This document shows positions 56,535 to 64,000 of a stretch of DNA of 64,000 bases, piece by piece. How positions within the stretch are numbered: the first letter of the stretch is position 1; each line of letters opens with the position of its first letter. A model generated the notes under the pieces. It saw nothing but the letters and a program-made list of their open reading frames with translations, was not told the DNA's origin and ran no database searches. Both the position numbers and the translations under genes were made by a program. The stretch lies in the sequence record DRR723986_1321. One strand, 5' to 3'.

Positions 56535-57488
56535 GTGAAGCTGTTCGGCAAGGCCACACTTTTGATGCTTTTCTTGGCAGCGCCATCTGCCCTTGCAGGA
56601 AGGAGTGACTTCGACATTAAATCGATTCCCCCGCTCAACCTCGGCACCTGGGAAAACGCTGGCTCGATCTCCGGATCGACTGCTACCTGCATAGAATCCT
56701 ATGATGGACGCAACGAAGAAAACTACCGCTTCGAGGTTACCGATCTCCTCGGAGACAACGGCTTTTACCTCTACAAAGACGGCAACGGGAACAGCACCGG
56801 CAGCGACCGTATCTTCATCTCCATGTTTGAGAGAGACACAGAATCCAGCCCCTCCTTCAGCGAGATCGAATACGAAGAGCGCGTTGATAGGCGTGAGGGC
56901 ACAAGAAAAAACAGGTGCCCGGCAGGGGGGAATGGCGTGTTCCGGGTGGATATCAGTGGCAGTGAGCTGGCTGGCGCAAGCGCCGGCGATTACATCGGCC
57001 GTTTCCGCGTGGAAGGCGAAGGCGGCGATGACTACGATGATGACGACGATGAAGACTTGTATGTCTACCTGACCGTAGCCCAGTCCCAGCCCGAGGTGAA
57101 GATTTCCCGTATGGACGACATCGCCGCGGTCCGGTCAGCGACGCATGCTGGTAATCTTAGCGCCGACGAATACTTCTGCGTATACGCCGACTCAGGCGAT
57201 TACGCCATTTCGGTCAGCTCCAGCGTCAATCAGGGCGGCAGTTTTGCAATTCAGTCCAGCAACGGCTCGCTGATACCGATCGACCTGGCGTTCGCCGACA
57301 ATACCTCTGGCGCCGGCCTGCAGAATGCTGAGTCAGGCTCTGTGACCGGTACCGGCAATGCCGTCGCAGCGGACTGCGGCGGTACCGACAATGCGATGAT
57401 TCGGGTGACGGCAAGCGATGCCGCGCTGTCCGCTGCCTCCTCGGGCAGTTATACTGCCACCCTGACCCTGTTCGTAGAGCCTATTTGA
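56535..57488 (+). CDS. Two-domain pilin-like protein, probable tip adhesin
   Basis: Signal peptide; two repeats each with a Cys pair, ending in AGDYIGRFRVEG and SGSYTATLTLFVEP; the C-terminal repeat resembles the 55855 pilin (FCVY, CGGTDN). Confidence 0.65.
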   Translation: MKLFGKATLLMLFLAAPSALAGRSDFDIKSIPPLNLGTWENAGSISGSTATCIESYDGRNEENYRFEVTDLLGDNGFYLYKDGNGNSTGSDRIFISMFERDTESSPSFSEIEYEERVDRREGTRKNRCPAGGNGVFRVDISGSELAGASAGDYIGRFRVEGEGGDDYDDDDDEDLYVYLTVAQSQPEVKISRMDDIAAVRSATHAGNLSADEYFCVYADSGDYAISVSSSVNQGGSFAIQSSNGSLIPIDLAFADNTSGAGLQNAESGSVTGTGNAVAADCGGTDNAMIRVTASDAALSAASSGSYTATLTLFVEPI

Positions 57489-58159
57489 TGCCGTCGGTAC
57501 ATCCATATCTCGCTGGCCTTCGCTCACCCTTCGGCTTGCTGGCGGCAACGGCCCTTACCGTGGTGACTGTTGCGCTGCCCGCCGATGCCGCCGACGGAAT
57601 CCAGGGCAGCACATCTACCGCGTCCGCCAGTATTTCCCTGCAAATTACCCGCAGTGCCCAGTTCATTATTACCAGCACCGGCGCCCCGCTACCTGACACT
57701 GCCGCATCAATGGCACAGCGGCGGACAAGGGCGCCCGCCATGGCCTCCGGCAATGGCAATCAGGTGGGTGTCAAAGCCTTCTACGTTGAAGACCGCACTA
57801 CCCAGGAATGGTTCGCCGAGCAGATTGCCGCCAATGGCGAAGCAGAATTTTCCATGTGCCTACCCGACGGCGTGGATGGACAGGCCATCGGGGTACTCGA
57901 CACGGATACCGGTCTTGCCGATTACATCAGTGCTGTAGACAGCAGTGACTATTCGCTCATGGTGAGCGTGACACCGCCTACCCCATCGGCCTCGGGCGAT
58001 GCTTCCGCAGGCTGTGCCAGTGGTGTCAGCAGCCGGATCCAGATTTCAATGACCCAGGCAACGGCAGCCGGGGGCAATCAATCACAGGGCAAGGACATCT
58101 CGAGCAAAAAGCCCGAGGGCGACTACACCAAGGTCAACCTCATCATGGTCCCTGAATAA
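57485..58159 (+). CDS. Minor pilin-like secreted protein
   Basis: Signal peptide; N-terminal ADGIQGSTSTASASISLQI like the pilin; Cys pair; C-terminal GDYTKVNLIMVPE. Confidence 0.55.
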   Translation: MMPSVHPYLAGLRSPFGLLAATALTVVTVALPADAADGIQGSTSTASASISLQITRSAQFIITSTGAPLPDTAASMAQRRTRAPAMASGNGNQVGVKAFYVEDRTTQEWFAEQIAANGEAEFSMCLPDGVDGQAIGVLDTDTGLADYISAVDSSDYSLMVSVTPPTPSASGDASAGCASGVSSRIQISMTQATAAGGNQSQGKDISSKKPEGDYTKVNLIMVPE

Positions 58160-58193
58160 TGGCCAAGGAATTTGAAACAGGAGTTTCAGGACA

Positions 58194-58931
58194 ATGTTCC
58201 AGCTAAAACAGTTTAATCACACAGGACGCTGGCTCGCGGCTTTTGGCCTTGCCCTGCTGGCTTCTGGCCAGGCTACAGCGGGACTGCTGCTGGATCGCGC
58301 GATCGTCGTGTTTGAAAACGGCGGCGTGAGCAAGCAGGATATTACGGTCATCAACGATAACCCCGATGAAAGACTGTTCGTCAGTGTTGAACCCTATGAA
58401 GTCACGCAGCCGGGCACAGACGCGGAACAGCTGATCCGCTCGGACGAACCGGAAAACCCGGCATTCATTGCTACGCCCGCCAAGTTGATCGTCGAGCCCG
58501 GCTCTACCAGTGTGGTCAGGCTGCTCAATATTCATCCGGCCGAGCAGACCGAGAAGATCTTCCGGGTAAACTTCCTGCCAATCGTGAGACCGCCGGAACT
58601 GGCCAGCGATGATGACGCGGAAGGGGTCAAACCGGTGCTGCAGATTACCGTTGCCTATCAGGCGCTGATCATCGTGCCACCTCTCGAACCGGCGGCAAAG
58701 CCGGTTTTCAGCAGGGAAGGCACCCTGGCGCGCTTTAGCAATCCCGGCAACAGTAATTATCTGCTCTCCAAGGGCCGGCAATGCAATCCGGCCGATCCTG
58801 AGGAATGCCTCGACTTGCAGGGCAAGCGCATCTATCCCGGCAATGAATGGGAGATGACCCTGCCCTTCGACGGACCCTTTGAGTTTTCCCTGCGTACGCT
58901 GTCGGGAACCCGCGGCCTGATCGTGCCCTGA
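58194..58931 (+). CDS. Periplasmic fimbrial chaperone (EcpB/TcfA-like)
   Basis: Signal peptide, ATPAKLIVEPG, EKIFRVNFLP, NPGNS, C-x6-C and KRIYPG; directly upstream of the usher. Confidence 0.82.
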   Translation: MFQLKQFNHTGRWLAAFGLALLASGQATAGLLLDRAIVVFENGGVSKQDITVINDNPDERLFVSVEPYEVTQPGTDAEQLIRSDEPENPAFIATPAKLIVEPGSTSVVRLLNIHPAEQTEKIFRVNFLPIVRPPELASDDDAEGVKPVLQITVAYQALIIVPPLEPAAKPVFSREGTLARFSNPGNSNYLLSKGRQCNPADPEECLDLQGKRIYPGNEWEMTLPFDGPFEFSLRTLSGTRGLIVP

Positions 58932-59034
58932 ACCCTCGTTACTGCGCGCAGAGCAGACGGGCTGGCTGAAAGTGCGTTACAGGCAGACGCCGGCTGCTTC
59001 GGCTGCAATCCAGTTCCTTAACGTATGAGAGGCA

Positions 59035-61479
59035 ATGAGCGCTTCCGTCATATTATCGCTGTCACTATCCCGGACGCTGAGAGTCGCCGCCTGGCTTGCG
59101 CTCAGCCTGGCCTGGGCCGCGCCAGCAGCGGCCCAGGGTGGCTCATCAGCACCTGCGGATGAATGGATTCCCGAGGGGTTTGAGTCCCTCGCCGCGCCGC
59201 AACAAACCCTGGTTGATGTGTACTACGGCGGCATCTTTTTGCAATCTGTGCCGGCCCGCTTCACCGCCACCGAGATCACCCTGCTTGATGCCCAGCCCAT
59301 TGCCGACCGACTCAGCGACTTATCGGACCCGGACAGCTTTGTCGAACTGATGGAGTTCACCCAGAGAACGAACTCGGAGCTGATCTGTAAATCGAAATTT
59401 TCTGTAGATTGCGGCCAGCTGAGCACGCCAACCGTCGGCATCATATTCGACCGCTCCAGGCTGCGCGCCGATCTCTTTATCGGCCCGGAGTTGCTCGCTG
59501 TTCGCTCTGCCGAGCAGATCAACTTCCTCCCGGGCTCGGATGGGGGCCTGTCGCTGCTCGACGACATTGCGGTTTATGCCAGCGGCAGCTCCGATTCCGA
59601 CACCAGCTACAACGTTGCCAACACGACTTTGCTCGCCTATGCCGAGAACCGGCTGAACATCCAGAGCAACTACACGGAAGAAGAAGACTTCACCATCGAC
59701 ACTCTCGCCCTGGAGCGCGAACGAAACGGGCTCGACTACAGGCTGGGGGCGTTTCGGGCGAACGCCGGCAGCTTCGTATTCATGCAGAATGAGGAATTTG
59801 TCGGCGCCACGGTAGAAAGCTCCCTGGTGACCCGGGACGATCTTGAACTATCACTGGGTAGCAAGCTGGTAGTGTTCCTGAACTCCCGCAGCCTGGTCCA
59901 GCTATACCGGGATGACCGCCTGCTGGGCTCCACCTATTACGACACGGGTAACCAGGAGCTGGATACCAGCTCCCTGCCTGCGGGATCCTATGAAGTCGAA
60001 ATTCGCATCATCGATTCGGCGGGCCGGACCAGGATTGAACGCCAGTTCTATTCAAAGTCATCAAGAATACCCCCAAGGGACCAGCCGCTGTACTTTGTGC
60101 AGGCCGGCAAGTACGCGCAAACCACCCTGGACAGCATTCTGCCTGAAGTACAGGATGAGACGTTCCTGCGATCCGGATTCAGCTGGCGCATGTCAGACGC
60201 GATAGCGACCAGTCTCGGCGTGTCGGTCAACGACAGTTCGACCATGCTGGAAACCGGCATCTTCAACCAGGGCCAGAGTTATGAACTGTCGGCCTCCTTC
60301 GCGGGTGATGAGTTTTCCCGCCTGGGCGCGGATGTGCGCTTCCGCTACCGTTACGAACAAGGCGATATCAGCTTCTATGGCCGCCATACCGCAGGCGGCG
60401 ATGTCGACGAAGATGAGGAGTCCCAGCTGGGTGAAGAGTTAAGCCAGGTGAATATCAGCGCCGGCCTGAGAACCGACTTTGGCAGCTGGGGCGCGTTCCT
60501 GAACTATACCGATGACAAGGAGCAGGACAGTAAGCGATACGGCCTGCGCTGGACCTTGCCCACCTATTTCAACCGGGGCAGCTGGACCAGCGATATCGAG
60601 CTCTCCAGTAACGATGGCGATGCGCTGTTCCTGGTCAACGTCAGGTACAGCCAGCGAGGTGGACGCTGGACCAACTCCGCCGCTGCCGAGTACTCGCACA
60701 CAAGCGTTGACGGCTCGAATAGCGAGAGTGATTTCAATGGCTACGCTGCGACAGGCTGGCAAAGCGATATCGACCAGGCCACCCAGTACCGTTTCAACGC
60801 CCGCGCCGACCACCGGGATACCGATTCCGTTGAGACCAGCGGCGAGATGCTGACCAACAGCGGTAACGCGGGGATTAACCTGAAGCACGATTTCGATACC
60901 AACGTCTCCCAGTATAACGGTTCCCTGCGCTCCAGCTTCGCGATCTCCGGCAGCGGCATGGGCCTGGGCGGCAAGCGGACCGCCCGGTCCGGGCTGCTGG
61001 TCAGTGTTGAGGGCTCCGGCGAAGAACAAAGCAGGATCAAGGTGCTGGCGAACGGCGCGCCGCAGACATCGATACTGGCGGGCAGCAGGGTCTTCGTACC
61101 GCTGGCGCCCTATAACACCTATGAGATCGAACTGCTGCCCGAGGGTGATTCAATCGTGAATATTGACTACCGCACCCGCTCATTCACCCTCTATCCGGGC
61201 AATGTAGTGAGCATCGACGCCGCATTGAAGAAAGTCCTGATAACCATAGGCCGCGCTACCAACGCGTCGGGCGAACCCATCAGGAATGCGCTGGTGGAAG
61301 GGGTCGAGGGACTGGCGCTCACCGATGACAACGGCTACTTCCAGGCGGAAATCGCCGCGGGAACCGCCGAGCTCAGCGTGGTGAAAGGCGATGCCCGCTG
61401 CGTGATCGATCTGCCGGAGCTCGATGTCAACCGGCCTGTACTGTCACTGGGCTCGCTGCCCTGCAGACCGACACCGTAA
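59035..61479 (+). CDS. Outer-membrane usher (TcfC/EcpC/CS1-type)
   Basis: IPEGFESL, QTLVDVYYGG, GNQELDTSSLPAGSYEVEIRI, LAPYNTY, TLYPGNV and TDDNGYFQ; terminal Cys pair. Confidence 0.85.
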   Translation: MSASVILSLSLSRTLRVAAWLALSLAWAAPAAAQGGSSAPADEWIPEGFESLAAPQQTLVDVYYGGIFLQSVPARFTATEITLLDAQPIADRLSDLSDPDSFVELMEFTQRTNSELICKSKFSVDCGQLSTPTVGIIFDRSRLRADLFIGPELLAVRSAEQINFLPGSDGGLSLLDDIAVYASGSSDSDTSYNVANTTLLAYAENRLNIQSNYTEEEDFTIDTLALERERNGLDYRLGAFRANAGSFVFMQNEEFVGATVESSLVTRDDLELSLGSKLVVFLNSRSLVQLYRDDRLLGSTYYDTGNQELDTSSLPAGSYEVEIRIIDSAGRTRIERQFYSKSSRIPPRDQPLYFVQAGKYAQTTLDSILPEVQDETFLRSGFSWRMSDAIATSLGVSVNDSSTMLETGIFNQGQSYELSASFAGDEFSRLGADVRFRYRYEQGDISFYGRHTAGGDVDEDEESQLGEELSQVNISAGLRTDFGSWGAFLNYTDDKEQDSKRYGLRWTLPTYFNRGSWTSDIELSSNDGDALFLVNVRYSQRGGRWTNSAAAEYSHTSVDGSNSESDFNGYAATGWQSDIDQATQYRFNARADHRDTDSVETSGEMLTNSGNAGINLKHDFDTNVSQYNGSLRSSFAISGSGMGLGGKRTARSGLLVSVEGSGEEQSRIKVLANGAPQTSILAGSRVFVPLAPYNTYEIELLPEGDSIVNIDYRTRSFTLYPGNVVSIDAALKKVLITIGRATNASGEPIRNALVEGVEGLALTDDNGYFQAEIAAGTAELSVVKGDARCVIDLPELDVNRPVLSLGSLPCRPTP

Positions 61480-61562
61480 CGCCAGGCACCCTCCGCCACT
61501 GGCGTAGCCTTGTCGACACGCGGTTGACGGAAGGTCGGGCTCGAAGCCGGTACAGAACGGTA

Positions 61563-62924
61563 TCAGTGCGCGCCGCCCTGCGCGCCAGCCAGAGCCGTCG
61601 GCGGATCGTCGATTGCCGGAAACTTCATCTCTATCATCGCGCCAGACGACCAGTTCTGCGCCGTGATCCTGCCGCCAAAACTGGACACGATACCGTAGCT
61701 GATGGACCCGCCGAGGCCGGTTCCGCTGCCCACCGCCTTTGTGGTGTAAAACGGGTCGAATATCCTGTCCAACTGCTCGCTGTTCATCCCGCCGCCGGAG
61801 TCAAGGACCTGTATCACCACTTCCTTGTTCTCCGAATAGCACCGGACATGAATCACCCTTTCGGACGGCATTTCCTTGATGATGGCATCGCGCGCATTGA
61901 CAATCAGGTTGAGCAAAACCTGCTCCAGTTGCGATTCAATCCCAAGTATCCATGGCAGGCCATCCTCGACCTCCCTGACAACCAGGATGCCATCCTGCTT
62001 CAACTCGGGCGCCGTCATCAGCAGCGAGCCGTCAAGAGCAGACACGACCGAGATAGGCGTCAGTTTGAGGCCCTCTACCCGGCCGAAGGCCCGCATATGA
62101 TCAATGATGGAGGCTGCGCGGCCAATCGACTGCATGACTCGCCCAATCTTACTTTTCACCTGGTCTGTATCGGTGATTTTTTCCGGACTCAGTAACAACT
62201 TCTCCAGGTTCAGCATCACCAGCTTGATGTGATTGAGTGGCTGGTTTAACTCGTGCGCGATGCTCGCAGACAACTCGCCAAGATTGGCAAGCTTCGCTGC
62301 CTGCATCAGCTGCTGCTGCCTTAACTTTTCCTCGGAAACATCCGCCAGCAAAACCGACATCTCACCGTCTGGCGAAGGGTCATGATCTAACCTGCCGAGA
62401 ACAGCGAACTTTGCCCTGTCCGCATCACCAATCTGTACTTCTTTCGCTGCGCTACCGGAGCCTGCCACCAATGCCTGCTGGTAAACCGCGCGCTCCAGTG
62501 TGCTGTCTTCGCCAACGAATTTCCTGAACGCCGAATTAGCCGTTATCAGGCGACTGCTGCCATCATAAGTTGCTAGGCCTATTGGCATGGCGCCAATCAG
62601 CCAATGCATCCGCTCGGTAAGCGCCTCCGCCTCGCGCTGCTTCGCGGCCGCATGAGAGCGAGCGTTCTCGGCCGCATCCTGGCGACGACCAGCCATGGAG
62701 GCAACAATTGCGAGCACCAGGGGTGCGGTATCAATAATCCAGTGTAAGGGCTGGGTCTGCTGCACCTCCACAACACTGGCCAGGCTCAGGGACAGACCCC
62801 TGACAGCAAGGTCGAGGCTGGTCGCACAGACAGGAAAGACCAGGCCAAACAAGCAGCCGAAAAATGCATAGAGCGCGATGTTAGAGTCCAGCACTCGCCA
62901 CACGACCGGGAACCGCCCCCTCAT
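61563..62924 (-). CDS. Membrane-bound sensor histidine kinase (NtrB/DctB-like)
   Basis: LGELSASIAHELNQPL, QVLLNLIVNARDA, FDPFYTTK and GTGLG. ATG at 62924 after GGGAGG. Confidence 0.88.
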   Translation of the reverse strand: MRGRFPVVWRVLDSNIALYAFFGCLFGLVFPVCATSLDLAVRGLSLSLASVVEVQQTQPLHWIIDTAPLVLAIVASMAGRRQDAAENARSHAAAKQREAEALTERMHWLIGAMPIGLATYDGSSRLITANSAFRKFVGEDSTLERAVYQQALVAGSGSAAKEVQIGDADRAKFAVLGRLDHDPSPDGEMSVLLADVSEEKLRQQQLMQAAKLANLGELSASIAHELNQPLNHIKLVMLNLEKLLLSPEKITDTDQVKSKIGRVMQSIGRAASIIDHMRAFGRVEGLKLTPISVVSALDGSLLMTAPELKQDGILVVREVEDGLPWILGIESQLEQVLLNLIVNARDAIIKEMPSERVIHVRCYSENKEVVIQVLDSGGGMNSEQLDRIFDPFYTTKAVGSGTGLGGSISYGIVSSFGGRITAQNWSSGAMIEMKFPAIDDPPTALAGAQGGAH

Positions 62925-63027
62925 CACAGCCCTCCCAGGACCTGCATCATTTAATGTCATACTCCGCCAGCAGCCAAGCTGCACCCGTTGACAGGATACG
63001 CCAGGCCCTGAAGGCTGAAATTGCGCA

Positions 63028-63049
63028 TTTTGTGATGCCGCTCACAAAA
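63028..63049. promoter_or_regulatory. CRP/Vfr/Clp-type box
   Basis: TTTTGTGA-tgccgc-TCACAAAA: perfect 8-bp arms, in a divergent intergenic region. Confidence 0.75.
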
Positions 63050-63113
63050 CCAATGCAACACCCCTGAACCGCAGCGCGTACACTCTTCAAAGAAAGCCAC
63101 GGAGAACTCCGGC

Positions 63114-63428
63114 ATGTCCGGTAACACCAAAATCCACATCGACGAGCTACGCACTGGCCTTCATGTCTACAGACTTGAAAGCGGCCGGCGCGCTGTGCGT
63201 GTGCCCTTCTCCCCCGGTGGCGTAACGCTGACCTCGCAGGAGTCCGTCGACAGTATGCAGACATACTGCCGATGCATGGATATAGAACGTGTGTATGTCA
63301 GGGACGCTGCGACAGCGCCCCGCGCGACCGATGCGCCTGCTATGCGCAATACTGACTCTGGAATATTCGCGAATACCTTCACCGACACCCTGTCGGCGAG
63401 GCGCTGGGCGTCGGTGACGAAGCGATAG
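63114..63428 (+). CDS. Small DUF3391-like protein (stand-alone or truncated)
   Basis: KIHIDELRTGLHVYRLE..VPF..GVTLTSQESVDSM..VYV resembles the N-terminal accessory domain of HD-GYP proteins; ATG after GGAGA. Confidence 0.5.
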   Translation: MSGNTKIHIDELRTGLHVYRLESGRRAVRVPFSPGGVTLTSQESVDSMQTYCRCMDIERVYVRDAATAPRATDAPAMRNTDSGIFANTFTDTLSARRWASVTKR

Positions 63429-63476
63429 CTTCGTGAGGGGTTCAGCTTACCAGTGAGGACTCGAATATCTACTGGA

Positions 63477-64000
63477 CTAGCTTTTTTGGTCTGCAACCAT
63501 CGATGTATTACCGTTACGGGCCTGGGAAATCGGCACTGGGCCGACGAGCTCTCCCTCACCACTTCCTGCATCTGCTGATGTGCATTTTTTGTAGATCGCC
63601 TCAAAATCCCGATGGTGTCGCAGGAAGACGGCCAGCACTTCCGGGTTGAACTGAGAGACGCTGGTTCTGTCATCCCCGTTGCAAATGACATCAATGGCTG
63701 CTGAATGCGCCATCGTATCTTTATAAGGCCTCGACGAACGCAGCGCGTCATACACGTCGATCAGCGTCGTTACCGCCGCCTCAATTGGAATCTGGTTGCC
63801 GACCAGGCCTCGCGGGTAGCCGCTGCCATCGTAATACTCGTGGTGGCATAACGCGATCTTGGCGCCCATGCGCATTACCGGACTGCTGGACGACGACAGG
63901 ATCTGTGCACCCAGCGAGGTGTGGTCCTTCATTTCGGTGTATTCCGCTTCCGATAGCGAGCCCTTCTTGCCCAAAATGCCATCAGCAACACCAATCTTAC
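63477..64000 (-). CDS. HD-GYP c-di-GMP phosphodiesterase-domain protein (5' part outside the window)
   Basis: Frame open to the window edge: KIGVADGILGKKG, HHEYYDGSGYP and DVYDALRSSRPYK. Confidence 0.9.
   Translation of the reverse strand, partial: KIGVADGILGKKGSLSEAEYTEMKDHTSLGAQILSSSSSPVMRMGAKIALCHHEYYDGSGYPRGLVGNQIPIEAAVTTLIDVYDALRSSRPYKDTMAHSAAIDVICNGDDRTSVSQFNPEVLAVFLRHHRDFEAIYKKCTSADAGSGEGELVGPVPISQARNGNTSMVADQKS

Larger units (their letters stand above)
48070..64000. mobile_element. Probable tRNA-anchored accessory island (right end not in window)
   Basis: Begins at the tRNA CCA with a truncated gene; content switches from metabolism to signalling/pilus; sequence looks less GC3-biased by eye. 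No integrase or direct repeat seen. Confidence 0.45.

Noticed and set aside
48070-64000. Intact integrative element or prophage
   Set aside because: No integrase, transposase, conjugation or phage structural genes and no att direct repeat within the window; kept only as a low-confidence island.
1-64000. CRISPR array, rRNA or defence-system genes
   Set aside because: No regularly spaced repeats, rRNA-like sequence or recognisable cas/restriction genes; the one nuclease-like domain appears inactive.

Overview
GC-rich Gammaproteobacterial chromosome segment. The gene content suggests a marine Cellvibrionales/Halieaceae-type heterotroph, but that is inference only. About 1-48 kb looks like core/metabolic DNA. 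It holds a PPK2 polyphosphate:AMP phosphotransferase, a DUF1302/DUF1329 pair, putA and a large acyl-CoA cluster (10-23.5 kb). That cluster combines an AbfD-type 4-hydroxybutyryl-CoA dehydratase with LvaA/LvaB-like and ACAD10/11(LvaC)-type genes. Also present are an Orn/Lys/Arg decarboxylase with a divergent Lrp regulator, a class D sortase with an adjacent MPTTA-tailed substrate, and a catalytically degenerate TM0106/RecB-like protein. Further on are an arsS-TIGR04283-TIGR04282 arsenosugar-type trio behind slt, and hsp20 with RpoH- and FNR-like sites. tRNA-Arg(CCT) at 47993-48069 is followed immediately by a start-less HTH gene remnant and then by a probable accessory island running to the window end. 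The island encodes an orphan Tat-exported solute-binding protein, a multi-step phosphorelay, an unusual TcfC/EcpC-type chaperone-usher pilus, another histidine kinase, a stand-alone DUF3391-like ORF and an HD-GYP protein. Three CRP-type palindromes lie in its divergent promoter regions. All family calls come from motif recognition by eye; no database search was run. No CRISPR array, rRNA, integrase or transposase was seen.
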